A stretch of DNA of 64,000 nt from Vicugna vicugna (Eukaryota), in assembly GCA_013265495.1 (NCBI GenBank), contig MU057651.1, forward strand, positions 124,001 to 188,000. Reading direction: 5' to 3'. The position numbers and the translations under genes are program-made. How positions within the stretch are numbered: position 1 is the first letter of the stretch; each line of letters begins with the position of its first letter. This document shows positions 25,952-38,900 of the stretch, in pieces. The notes under the pieces are model-generated. The model did not search any database and was not told the DNA's origin. It saw only the letters and a list, made by a program, of their open reading frames with translations.

Positions 25952-26568
25952 TGTAACCAAGCAGGATTCTATGGGGTCTTCCCGGGACAGAACCCACCCC
26001 CACCATGTCCTCTGCCTGCCTCTTGTTTGTAGAAAAACTTCAGCCTTCTAGGCCTTCCCCGGGTTCCAAAGAATAAATTTATTCAAAGAAGTGAGAAAAT
26101 GCAGAAACAAAGGAAAATGGTCAAGCAAGACAAAATGATAATAGTTTAGCCATCAAATTCAAGGAACTTTAGTTCCTCCTTAAAGGCTATAGATAATATT
26201 CTGAGCCATATCCTTTGAGCTGTTTTGCAGATACTGAAACCCCACCAGGTGGAAGAAGTTAACCGTATGTTGCCCATAAGCACACAGTCCCCAGATTGCG
26301 TGGAACCAGACTCCTGATTACCTCACCACCAACCAATCAGAAGAATGTCCATGAGCTGATCATGCACCCTGCAATCCTTTCCCTCACCCTGTCTTTAGAA
26401 ATCTTTCCCTGAAAGCCTTCGGGGAGTTCAGGCCTTTTGAGCATTAGCTTCCCATACTTCTTGTTTGGCGCCCTGCAATAATGCTGCACTTTCCTTGACC
26501 ACAACCTGGTGTCAGTAGATTGGTTTTATTGTGCATGGACGAGTGAACCCGAGTTCGGTTCAGTAACA
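25952..26568 (+). mobile_element. ERV1-class solo LTR (617 bp)
   Basis: TGTAAC...GTAACA termini, perfect 4-bp TSD CTGA (25948-25951 and 26569-26572), CCAAT box. Confidence 0.9.
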
Positions 26569-28494
26569 CTGATGCAGTCAGGGGAGGCCCATACATCATC
26601 ACTCATATTTACACTAAAAGAGTATTGTTTATCTGAAATTCAAATTTAACTGGGTTAAATTCAATCTGGCAACCCTACACATGGAGGGTAGAACCAAGGT
26701 GCTCCAGACAACAGCACCAGCTGAACTAGCAGATGCCAGCGCCAACACTCACTCATGTGAGTGAGGGCTCCTGGATGTCCCAGCCAAGTGGAGCCTCCAG
26801 CTGACGGCAGTCCTGGGTGACAGACAGCACGTGGAGCAGAAAAACACCCAGCTGAGCCCAGTCAACCCAGAAAATTCCGAGAGAGAAAAAATGGGTATTG
26901 TTTTAAGGTGTTTTGTTTAACAGAAATGGATATACAAAACATGTGGCTTTGTTAACTCTCCCTCTTTTTCTGTGGTCTGTTATCATTGGATATGATAGGG
27001 ATTCTTTTATTATCCTTCCAGGCTCAATAGGACTTTGTTAAAAATTTGGCTATGGTCCATGTTTAAGTTTATGTGTGTATACAGATTTTCAAACATTTCC
27101 TCAGATTCTTCTTGAAGAAATCTCCAAGGGAAATTTTCTTAATATGTGATTTTCACCCTATTCTTGGAATTTAATCTAATTCCAACTTTCCTCCATAAGA
27201 TGTCTCCATGCCACTCATGCCTGTTAAGTAATAAAAGGCTGTTGCTAAAAACTGTTCAATGAGCCACATGGAAAGCTATATCCTCAGAAGGTTACTTGGT
27301 GAGTATTCAAACAGAACAAGGGGAATTTATTCACTTTGAGAAGTATTCCTCAAAGAAGTTGTCCTGAAACCCTTTCTTTTGCTACAGGGACAGCTTTGTA
27401 AGGGAACTTCTTTTGTTGGGCACATGTAGACAGGGCTCCTCCACCAGACAGCTAATAGATATGCATTGCAGTCCTTGGCCTTTGTGACTATTCCATTGTA
27501 GCACTATTGGGTAGATAAGTCTATCCAATTCTGGGGTTCATTAATAGGAAATGCCTTGCCTACAGATCTAAGCCACTTTTCTCCAATATGACTTTTATAA
27601 GGAATAAAGTTGATACATTGTTCTCTGTATTCTTTTTTCGTATTTCTTAATTGGTTTAGAGCTCAGATGTGAAGCAGGGATGTATTAGGGGTCGGGGAGC
27701 CCTTTAAAGCCTAAGCATTTTGGAGCAAGACCATAGGGAATAATTGGGAGCCAGCAAGACACAGAAAGGGAAGACTATGGGCCAACTGTAAGACCCATCT
27801 CTGCAGGCAGAGCAGGACGTGTGCTCCATAGGGTCAATTTACCACCAAGAATCTTGAAGTGAGCAGTCCTGGGCTGTGTAATTAGTTTCTTCTTCCAGCC
27901 TCACTAATCAGGTGAGTCGTTCCTGTGACTGAGAAGTGAGTGTATAGAGAGGCTAGGAGTGTTTTGGTCATGGATGCCCCTTCATATGGAAGAAATTAAC
28001 AGGAATGGATGATCAGAATTCCCCAGGACAAACCATTGTATGACCCAACTGACTTAAGTTTCTGCCTACTAAATAACTATAATATTCTAGGCCTGCTTCC
28101 TTGAAATAATTACCCAAAATTGCTTAAATAATATTTATCTTGTGTGTTCCTAGATCATCCAGTCACTTGATTACAGTCTCTTAGTTTTCTGCACGGGTGT
28201 CTAAATACTTAGCATGGGCTGTGATTTTAAATGTTCATTCTCTGAGAGCTAGTTCATGTCCAAGGACCCTAAGATACCTCCTTTGATTTCTTTATACTGA
28301 TACTTCCCTCCTGCCTCACTTTAAAGAAAACAAAATTCCTGAGGACAAGCACATGCCTTATTACAACAACGTGGGCAGAGTTCCACCAACCGCCCGGGTC
28401 CCAGTCTAGTGCCTCTGTTTCTCCGGTGGCAGCCTGAAGGGCAAAGATGCTCGGCTTTCAGCGAAATCCAGGGGGTGGATCGCAGTAAGGAGGC

Positions 28495-28551
28495 ATTTCC
28501 GGTGTGGAGAACTTGCCCGCGCATCGCGGTTGCCATAGAAACCTGACGTCA
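28495..28551. promoter_or_regulatory. Promoter cassette A: ETS site + RFX X-box + full CRE in a small CpG-rich island
   Basis: atttccgg 28495-28502, GTTGCCATAGAAAC 28529-28542, TGACGTCA 28544-28551. Confidence 0.75.
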
Positions 28552-29225
28552 TTTGGGCGACCGTGGCGTATTTTTAATGAAGATGGACGCTGCCTGGAGA
28601 GAACAGCAAGTCCCGCCTTCAGGTGTTTGGGGCTGAGCTGAGGGTGTGGGTCCCCGCGGTGGGGGCTGGGCCGCCCTGGGGTGTTGGGAGACAAAGAGAC
28701 CCACATCCAAGTCGGTTCTTTCCCGCTTTGGGCCTCGGTGCCCCGGCTGTCTCATAGGTAAAGACATTGGGGTCCTCCCGGCCCCCTGAGTGCGGTGTCC
28801 TGCTGCAGGGGTGTCCTGGAGCCACTTTCCTTCTAAAGGCAGGGGCGCGGGAGGTGAGACCGGTGACGATTCTCTCTGAGCCTCAACTTTCCCTTCTGTA
28901 AATGGGGATAAGAATGCTTTACCCACAGGATCGCTGTGAACGTTCAGTGGTAACACAGGAGTAAGTTGATGGCTCTGGTTATTGCGGGATCATGAATGTC
29001 TGTATGAATTCAGGACACTCCTTATTCCTTTTCAACTTTTTTTTTAAACAGAGGGGGAAAAAAAAAACCCTGATGAGAAACCCGTTGTAACATCTGGTTG
29101 TTAGGATCACTAACCAATTTTATCAGTGTCATTGTCACTAACCCAGTGCCTAGCATGGTGCCAGGCACACAGTTACATACAGCAGTAAAGCACAGCGATT
29201 GCTGGATCTGTCTCTCCCTGTGCAG

Positions 29226-29388
29226 CATTTCATGCCGGTGGCCCAGCTCATATCAGGTGTCTGAAGGAGGCAGGTTCTGAGGATTTGTGTTCTGATGACT
29301 TCTGAAGCTCCTACTCCAGGTTCAAGGGCAGCAGCTTCCAGGAGACCGCAAACACTTCACATTTTTGGTGGCATGACTCCTGGCTCAA
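29226..29388 (+). other. Candidate internal exon of an unannotated transcript (copy A)
   Basis: Acceptor tgtctctccctgtgcag| and donor AA|GTGAGT, both conserved in copy B (55754-55915). Confidence 0.5.
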
Positions 29389-29989
29389 GTGAGTTCATAG
29401 ATCTGAACAAAAGCATGTTGTGGAATAGCTCCTGTGAGGCTCACAAACTAGCCTAGAAGTAGAGACGCTATTTGACCTCAACATGGGAGAAGAGGTGTAG
29501 CAGAATGGAATTTCACTCCATCAGCAGTTACCTGCTTTGTAGTAGCCCTTGAGGCCCATCAGAGATGCTTTTTTTGTTTGAAAGCAATGAATTGTCCAGC
29601 CTGATGAAGGAACTTGATCTTTAACATGCATTTGGAATAAATATACCTAAATTGTTCTCACTGGGTAAATATTATTCAGTGATTCCCATGTTTCTTTCAG
29701 GGTGGTTGTTGAAATATGCATTTGGTTAGAAAGTCTTTCCAGCAATTTGACATTGTAGTATAGTTTCTTCCCTGGTAGCCACGTTTTTATCCATTCTATA
29801 ATGAAAAATTTTAAGAAGCCAGAACATTTCCAAATGTTAGTTTAAAATGTTTTAAGAGTTTATATATTTTTAAAAATAATTACTTTAGACTGTTTTATTA
29901 ATCTTTTAAAATAACTAAATACTCTTAAATATAGTTCTGTTTACTTTCCCAGTACATAACAGTTTCAGCTCTTTATTACCTGGCCCTTC

Positions 29990-31590
29990 TACCCCTCCCC
30001 CTGCAGTGTACTCAGGCAACCACTGATCTTCTCTCACGACAGATTAGTTTTCATGTCCTAGAATTTTATTTAAATAGAATCATAAAGGGATTTCTGGTTG
30101 GTTGGTTTTGGTCTGACTTCTTTCATTCAGCCTATTTATTTTAGATTTATCCATTTTGTTGCATGTATCAATAATTCATTCTTTTTTATTGATGAGTAGT
30201 ATCTATAAATAGATATATTGCAATTTGTTTGAAATTTGTTGTTTTTTAATTAAAGCTCCAGTGAACATTTGTGTTTAAATTTTTGCACAGACATATGCTT
30301 TCTTTCTCTAAGGTAAATACTTAAGAGTGCAATGGCTGGATCATATGGTAGATGTAAGATTAACGTTGTTAAGAAATTGCCAAACTGCACCATTTTTCAT
30401 TTTCTTCAGCACTGTACCAAAGTTCCATCATCCACAATCTTGCCAATGCTTGGTATGGTGAGTCTTTTTAATTTCAGCCATTCTCATGTGGATGCAATGG
30501 TATCAAATTGTAGTTTTAATTTAAAATTCCCTAATGATGTTATTGAGCACATTTTCATGTGCTTATTTGCTGTTTCTATGTCTTCTCTGGTGAAATGTCT
30601 ATTTAGAATTTTCCCACATTTATTTATTGTAGTGTCTTTTTCTGCCTAATTGACTTTTCATAGATTTTCTGTATTCTGGATACAGATCCTTTGTCAAATA
30701 TGTAACTGGCAAGTATTTTCTCCTACTCAGTGCCTTGACTTCATTCTCTCATCAGTGTCTTAGGGAGGGCAGTTTTTAGCTTAGAAGAAGTCGAATTTAT
30801 GTATTAGTTTACTTATGGATTGTAGTGTTGATGTCTCATCTATGAAATATTCACCTAATCCAAGGTCACAAGGATTTTCTCCTGTGTTTCTTCTAGAAAG
30901 TTGATGGCTTTAGGTTGTATTCAGGTCTGTGATCCATTTTGAGTGGGCTTTTGTGTATAATGTGATATGTGAATCACAGTTTATATCTGTATATATGATA
31001 TCCACTTTTCCCAGCACTTTGTTGATAAGACTATCACTTCTCCACTGAATTGCATTGCCTCTTTTTCAAAAATCAGTTCTCCATATATGTGTGCATGTAT
31101 TTCTGGACTCCTTATTCTTTTCCTTCAATTTACTTGTCTACCTTGATTCCAATACCATACACCCTGTCTTGATTACTGTAGGTTTATAGTGAGTCTTCAG
31201 ATCTGAGAGTGTTCATCCTCCAGCCTTATTCTTCTTTTTCGAAGTTGTTTTTTTATAGTCCATGGCCTCTGCATTTCCACATAAACTTCATAATTGGCCC
31301 ATAATTTTCTTTAAAAAATATTTCCTAAGATGTTTGTTGGGATTGCACTGAGTATATAGGATCAACTTGGGGAGAAGGGACATCTTAACAACATCTTAAC
31401 AATACTGAATCTTCTGATCCATAAGGACAGCTCTCTCTCTGCTTATTTAAGTCTTTAATTTTTCTGAACAATGTTTTGTAGTGTTCAATGAATAGGCCTT
31501 GCATGTTTGTGGACAGATTATCCATAAATATTTCATACCTTTTGATGCAATTGTAAAAAGCATTGTTTTGTAAATACAATTCCCAATTAT
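29990..31590 (-). mobile_element. Old LINE-1 (3'UTR and ORF2 end)
   Basis: Typical antisense L1 motifs (gctggatcatatggta, tccctaatgatgttattgagcacattttcatgtgc, gggattgcactgagtatatagg). Confidence 0.85.
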
Positions 31591-33267
31591 TATATTTTCA
31601 CTGAACTATCAGCAAGCAGATGTTTAATAATAGCCATTGCAGGAAATTTTTGGTGGAACGCACAGGCTACTTTAGGATGGAAAAGCTACTTGATGCATAA
31701 CGTGCTTTGACTGTGTTTCTATATCAGCTTTTAGACATTATTGGCACTATACTGAAACTAGGGAGGAGATATCACAGAGATCATTCTATAGGACATCTCC
31801 CAGGAAGTCCATCTCAATGAATTCCTGGGTTCTTAGGGGGTGAGACAGATAGAAGGAGAGAGCATGTGTGTATGCGAGCACATATGTCTGTATGTATATG
31901 TATGTTGAGGAAGCTGCAAGGAATCTTTATTGTAAGGAATACTTGAGGTTAATACTGTGGTCATGTCAGCCCTGTTCACTTCCTGCCACATAACAGGAGC
32001 CGAATCACAGTGGTTGCTATTTGTTTTTTTCCAGCTTCATTTGGCTAGCATGGTTACCATGGTGACTCAGTGACTGCTGTGGGATTTGGTGCTGATTGAG
32101 AATCATGTTATAATTCTAACCTGAATTTATGACTGTGATAGTTGTCAAGTGTTGCTTTTCTGATTTGCTCATTCCTTTCAGGTTTATTCATTGAAATTTG
32201 CCTAGAGATAGAGTTTTCTCTTCTCCCTGTTTATTTATTTTTTAATTTGTATCAGTATGGCTCATAGATTCCTATTTTGCTCAAAGGGCTACTGTCTGAT
32301 TGTATAATTATTTTGTTGTCTAAATTGTTCCAGAACTGGCCAATAGAAGCCCCTTTAAGCTGGCTTCTGTGTCCTTAGAATTCTTTGAGCATATACTTTG
32401 CTCTTTGAGCCTGAGTATCTCCTAATCTCTAGAAAGAAAATTATGATGCCCACCTCAGAGCATCGCTTTGAGGGACTGAAGATAAGAAGTCTGATAATTA
32501 CAACCTTCAACCTGTGGCATCTAGTAGGCCCACAGCAATGTTCATTTCCCAATCCAGTTTGCCCACTTCATCCTGTCACTGTGATGCCTCTGACGTTACC
32601 ATAATAGCATGACCTCCAGGGAGAACACTTGGGCATGTGACACAAGCAGGGATAAGCCCACATGTCCATGATGTGACAGCTTCAGTGTCACTGCTGTGTG
32701 TGGAGGGGGTGGTGTGGTGGAGCTGGGGGAGGGGCAGAGCATCACTGCACAGCTTCCAGTGAACTGAGTGGGGACGGGCAGAACATCCTCACCCCTTCCC
32801 CTGCATTTCATGTGCTTTACCATCCTCTCACTTTTCTCTGTATTCCATGTGCTGTCTGATCCCCTGTCTCTCCCTTTTAGTGGAACATCTGAGGAGGGTG
32901 AAGACCCTAAGCCCCAGAAACAAGAGCTGATAGAGAAGAACCAAGTATGATGTTGAGCCTGCTAGACAGGTTCCTGGAGCAGGATTGAAGAAGGGGTCGG
33001 CCTATCATTGGGACACTTTAGTTAAGTCACTACCCTTTCCGCCATTGTCTTCTTTACAGCAGGTTAACAGTACCCAGTGCTCTGGACCACCCAGGAATAT
33101 TGTGGAGTTTAGGTATGATCCCATGTGAGAAAGCAATCTGTGCTCATAGGTGGGAGAGAAGAACCAGTGCACTTTCCAGTAATTACATTAACAGACACAC
33201 CCCAGATATCATAGAATTCTGCTTGGCAGGCATTAAATTAATGCTACACAAATGTCAGCTGTTTGGG

Positions 33268-33460
33268 CCAAGATTTCTCCAAGTGGAAGCCTCAGAGGAC
33301 TTTATTAAACTCACGTGGGGGTGCTTGTTAACATTCCAGATCCCTGGGCCCACTCTACGTCTACCGAATCTAAAGCAGGGATGTGGAATGAGAGGTATCT
33401 ACATTTTGAGTAATATCTCCAGTGTTTCTGATACTTATTCAAGTTTAAACACCTCTGCTG
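33268..33460. mobile_element. MER5-like hAT MITE
   Basis: gtgcttgttaacattccagatccctgggccca...gaatct...ttctgatacttattcaagtttaaacacctctg matches the recalled MER5 layout. Confidence 0.6.
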
Positions 33461-33569
33461 TGGACAAACACGTCTTAAAATTTTGAATCCTTTAGTATCT
33501 AATTTCTTTTCCAACCTCAGCCTTAAATATCTGTCTCTGCTCCTGCATGTCAAATAGGTTAACAGTTCC

Positions 33570-34400
33570 TTAATTTAAGTAATATTTATTCAGTGATTTA
33601 TATGTGTGGCATTGAATGAGACACTGGGGACACAGCACAGAGAACAAGACAGGCAGGGTCCCTGAAACTTTCATTCCAGTTTGGGAAAACTGGCCGTAAA
33701 GAGGTGAATCAATAAATGGGGCAATTTCATGTGGGGATTTGCACTTTGATGAAAACAAACACATAAAAAGAATACAAAATGACGGGAACAGGGATTATTA
33801 TAGATGAGGCTGTCAGTGAAGCTCTTTCTCAGGAAGCAGCATTAGAGCTGAATCCTGAACGACAGGAGGACACCTGGACTGGGCGGGTCTTTGGGTCATT
33901 CACCCTGTGATGTGCGTGGCTCTGGTGGTTGCAGGAGTGGATGATGAGCTCGCCTGGGTGGGGCCTGGCAGATGAGGTGCAGGTGGCAGGAGATGAGGGC
34001 GGGCGGGGCAGACAGGAGCCACATGGTCCGGGCCGTGTCAGGAGTTTGGAGTTCATTCTTAGGGCAGAGGGTTAGCGTGTGGGGGTGACAGGCTCTGATT
34101 CACGTGCTCACAAGTTGACTCTGGCCGCTGTGTGGGGAGTGGACTGGACAGGGATGGGATAGCTGTGGGGATAACCCTTAGGAGAAGCTTGCAGAGTCCA
34201 GAGGAGGGACGAGAGTGGATTGGCCCTGAGCTGCAGCAGTGTGCAGAGGGCGGGGTGGCCTGGACAGCGGGTGTAGGAGGTAGGACAGGTGGGACCTGCA
34301 GTGGCTGTAGGGGGTGGGTGTGTGAGGATCAGACAGGATCCAGGATGACCCCTTGGCTTTACCTTTGGTCACGTGTAGAAATGGTGATGTGTTTCCTGAA
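33570..34400 (-). mobile_element. LINE-2 fragment
   Basis: tatttattcagtg...actggggacacagcacagagaacaagacag...gagctgaatcctgaa...ggagtttggagttcattct are typical antisense L2 3' motifs. Confidence 0.65.
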
Positions 34401-35143
34401 GTCAGTTGTTCCAAGTGCTTTTGAGAAGTTCTCAAGATAATTAGGTCATTCAGCAGTGGTTACAGTGAAAGTTAATGATGTACACAATCTATCATTTGAT
34501 GAGTAGCATTCAGTTATAAGACTAATTAACTTTATTGAACATACATGCAAACTATAAAACTATAAAAATATATTATAAGTATTTGTTTAAAGCATGTAGT
34601 GTTTATTGAGCTGTTATTGTGTGCCTAGCACTGTTCTAAGGGTTTTCATGTATTAACTCAATTCTCAAAACAACATCCCATGACATAGGAATGGTTGTTT
34701 TCCCCATTTTACAGAAGATGTAAATGAAACAGAATGGTTCTTTCAGTCTCCTAAGATCACAGAGAGCCAGTAGAATTTTAAAAATATTGGTGTTTAGGAC
34801 CAGTTATCTTTGTTAAGACCAAAGCATGGAATATTATTTGTTTTAAAATGGTTTGTCTTTTACAGTAAATACTGCTTAATCCCAATTTTATATACTCATA
34901 CAGTTTATAAATGACAGAACAATGGTTTGCACCTGGTCTATCTCCAGAACCCACACTTCTAGCCAATACACTTAGGAAGAAGAAAATAAAACATAACTAT
35001 ATCAGGCCACGATGGATGATGTTAGGTTAGAGCCATCCGTATCTCTTTGGGTGGAAACTATGCATCATTAGGCATTTTGCCATGTACCAGATGGTATTTA
35101 TTTAATAAAAGGACAAGGGTAATGATTATAGGAAAAAAAAGCG

Positions 35144-35667
35144 TGTTAAAGATGAACAAACCAGACCTTAGTTAAAGTGGTAAGGACAGATTTTTAATCA
35201 GTAATATACTGTTGTGACAGGAAAAAGAGTCTAGCATGAACTGACCTCAACTTCCATTTGTACAGAGGTGACTAGGCTTTTTAAAGGGAGTATGAGGGAA
35301 AAGGGAGGGGGCTGAGTAGGAGCTCCATACAGTCAGGGAAGGAAAAAGAACAAAAAGCAGGAAGAGGGTGTTCATCCATGTGAAAGCCATCTGGGTTTGC
35401 TACCTGGCACTTATTCAAGTTAGATTTCTACCTCCCACAGAGGCTGGGAGACGCGGTCCTCTCTTCAGCAGTAAATTGTGCTGACAGCCTTGAGTGTTCT
35501 CAGGCGATCACTTTAAAGGAATTTAGGATCATGTTAGGGATGAGGCCTTGAGCTCTTAGAAACTACGTTAGTATTTTGTACAAGACTATTGGCCAGGTTG
35601 AAGCCTGGTTGGAAAGAGAGCTGGGAGGAGTCTGACTAGAGTGTGGTCAAGGAGAGAATCTTTGTCA
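35144..35667 (-). mobile_element. ERV solo LTR
   Basis: TG...CA bounded 524 bp segment with a degenerate 4-bp TSD (agcg / aggg). Confidence 0.65.
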
Positions 35668-35966
35668 AGGGCAATATTTATTAAAAAAAAAACCCACAAA
35701 CAATAAAAGGGAATAATTATTATAGTTCCTATGCATTAGACAACTTGGTTGTTAAAATAATTCCTTGGACTTCCACGATGAATTATTTTCCCTTTTATGA
35801 ACTAACTCAAAGTGCTTTTCAGATGGGAATCACAGTACCCTGTGCTTTAGGCTTCAGTGGTTTGGAGGGATGGTCTGACCCCCTTTGATAGGTGAGGCCA
35901 GTGGAAAAATTCCTAGAATCATGCAGCATGTACTCTTGAGTATGGCTCCTTTCAGTCAACATGGGG

Positions 35967-35992
35967 TGTGTGTGTGTGTGTGTGTGTGTGTG
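35967..35992. repeat. (TG)n microsatellite
   Basis: Perfect GT dinucleotide run. Others seen at ~8687-8705 (CA), ~50777-50803 (GA) and ~52249-52269 (TG). Confidence 0.95.
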
Positions 35993-38900
35993 ATTTAAAT
36001 TATTGTCCACAGTTGCAGGTCATTCATTCTCATTAGTGTATAGTATAATATGACACTGTGTGGATATTTTACAATATATGTATCTGTTTTGGGGATTTCC
36101 ATGTTTAAAATTTTTACTTATGAATTATTGTACTATGAATGTTCGCTTACGTATCTTTTTGATGGACATTTATTTTCATTTCTCTTGGACATACACCAAA
36201 AAGTGTCATTTCTAAGTCGTAGACTATATACGCTAAGCAGTTTTTCAAGTGGTTGTTCTGATCTACGTTCCCACCAAAGTGTGAGCGAGCCCTACCTGCT
36301 CCAAATCCTTGTCAGCACTTGGTGTTTTCCATCTTTTTCATTTTTGTTGTTCTGGAGGGCATGGAATGGTATCTTGCTGTGGTTTTAATTTTAGTTTCTT
36401 TGTTTTAATTTCTCTTTAACTCCTGAAGTGTTAAGTCTCTTTCAATGTAAAGAAGGCCTATCCTCATTTTTTTAACCTTCTAATTTATTTGCTGAAGAAA
36501 CTGGATCTTTTCTCCTATAGAGTTTAAAATCTGTTTATAAAAATTATGTCTTTTCATTGGGAAAAAAAATAACCTGTAGAAAATGGAGAAGGATGCTCCC
36601 TGGTGATCTCAGTCAGACTTGCAGATGTGAAAGTCTCATCAAGGGGGCTTAGCAAAGGGGGTGGTGATGAGAAGGAGTAAGGGAAGTGAACGGATTCTAT
36701 TGTATAGGCCAAAGCTTTCTGAAATTCCCTACATGCTGGTGGTGTCCAGCTGTTTTCCTGACTGTTGGGAAGAGAAGCCTCATGTGTACAGTCTTTCAAA
36801 ACCCCACTGAAGCACATAAGTGTGGGCCTTGGGCCTGGTACACTTCCTTATGAAGAGGCAGAGAGCCCACACAGCCTGGGCCAGGCTTGTCACCTTGTGT
36901 GGGAGTATTTCTCTCTATTTCAGATTCAGTGAATATTCCTTTGTTTTGCTTAAGCATGTGTGCCAATGGCGCTCAGGCATGCCCCTACCTTTCAGTTTTG
37001 TCACATTACCAATTATTTTGTTGTTTAAGACATATCAGACAATATCAAAATGTATATTAGAAATTAAAATTGTTCTGTCTGTCCTTTTTGTCTTTGCTAT
37101 ATCCCCCTTCATAATACAAAGACAGTCTTTGTGAATTTATTGATACCTATTCTCCAGATTTTTTTTCCTGTGTGACACATTAACTTATATTTAATTACAA
37201 ACACACACATATATATATAAACCTATGTTGATATATATTTTTCTGCATAATGAGACTGTATTCTACATTTTATTTTATGATTTACTTGACAGACTAAATA
37301 TGATTTTTTTCATTTTATTTATTTGCTTTGGTGTGTTTCCAGGTATTGGTGGGGGATTTATATTGTTTTTTTATGTGTAGTGTCTCTTTTTTTAATTGAG
37401 GTATAATTGACATATAACAGTATAATAGTTTCAGGTTACAACATGATGATTCTATATCTGTATATATTGCAAAATGATCACCACAATAAGTCTAGTTAGC
37501 ATCTATCACCACACAGTTATAAATCTTTCTGTTTTGTGACAAGAACGTTTAAGCTCTGGTCTTTTGGCTTTTCTAAACAAAATGTAGTATTGTTTTGCAC
37601 ATTTTCACTATATACACATATAGTTATCCTCCAGCTTGCTGATTTATTTAAATATATGATATTTTATAGTATATTATATATAGGATCTAATTTTATACAT
37701 AATTATATATATAATGTTAAATAAATTGTATGTTATATACATCACCTGGTCCTTGTGAGGAGTTTAAAGGCAAAACTTCATCAAGATCCCAGTACAGTAT
37801 TGGGCACATCATCCACAATGCAAACGTTTCCAGCCTTCCCATCCTAACTCTTCCAGTCTTTTAACTGGGAGGTTGTTTCTTAATCTCAGTAGAATTTTAG
37901 TGAGTATTTGGGAATATCAGAAGACGGGAACCACACACACTCCTTTATGTAACATAGGAGTTGCATTGCCATCTCTGTGATATGCAGTGTAATGGAGCTG
38001 GGCTAAGGGAAACTACTCACCCTTCCCATGGAGTTATCGAGCTCTTCCTCTCCTTTGTTGGTGCCCTCTGTGTTCACATTAGGCATACACATGACCTGAG
38101 AGTCTGGAACCCACTTGAAGTTCTAGGAAGAGGTGACTGGTGGGGGGTTGACAGGAAGGGACACTGGAGCAAGAATTAGGAGCTCTTTCTAGGTCCCAGA
38201 GCCTAAGCCATTCCAGGGTGAGTTCCTTCTCCTGCTGTGACTTGCACTGTCACACGGGTCTTTACTCAGCATCCATCACTCTTTGCACCTCCAGTGACCC
38301 AGGGACTACAGAGGTCACAGTTATGGTTTCACGCAGTCCAGGTCCTTGTGGAAGTTGTGGTCACCTCTGTAGATCCCCCTTAATTTATAAAGAGGAGGAC
38401 ATGATCAGAGACTCCTCAAAGAGGAGCTGGGCCTGGGACATTGGGCAGGATTCATGGGGCTGGATGGGAGGGAGGGCACGGGGAGTCCATCCTGGCTGGA
38501 GTGAAAAGTGGGGACTCCCAGGGAAGCAGACAGGGCTCAGAGGTGGGACACTCCAGGGGCATGAGGCCATCCAGATGTAGGACTGATTGGGGAAGGAACA
38601 CATTTGCTTCCGTGGGACGCTGCATAGTATCCTCTGGATACACTGAAATGGCACAAACGATGGGAAGAAGGACAGTGCCCTGCTCGTCTGTCTCTGGTCC
38701 ACGGGAGCAGGTTCAGAACCAGGAGCACTGACAGTCGTAAAGCTGAGTTGATGCTCGGTTCCCTCAACCTCCCTTAAAGTAGGAAGCAGACATCAAGGGG
38801 AAGGACTTATGACTAATGGATCCCCCACACCGTCTGGAAACCATACACCCTCTTTAGTTTCTCTCTGACCCCAGGCCCCGGGGACTCTAGTCAGTGAGGT

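Larger units (their letters stand above)
28488..29640 (+). repeat. Local segmental duplication, copy A (high-identity core)
   Basis: Aligns base by base with 55012-56168 (roughly 85-90% by eye); weaker homology continues downstream. Confidence 0.95.
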
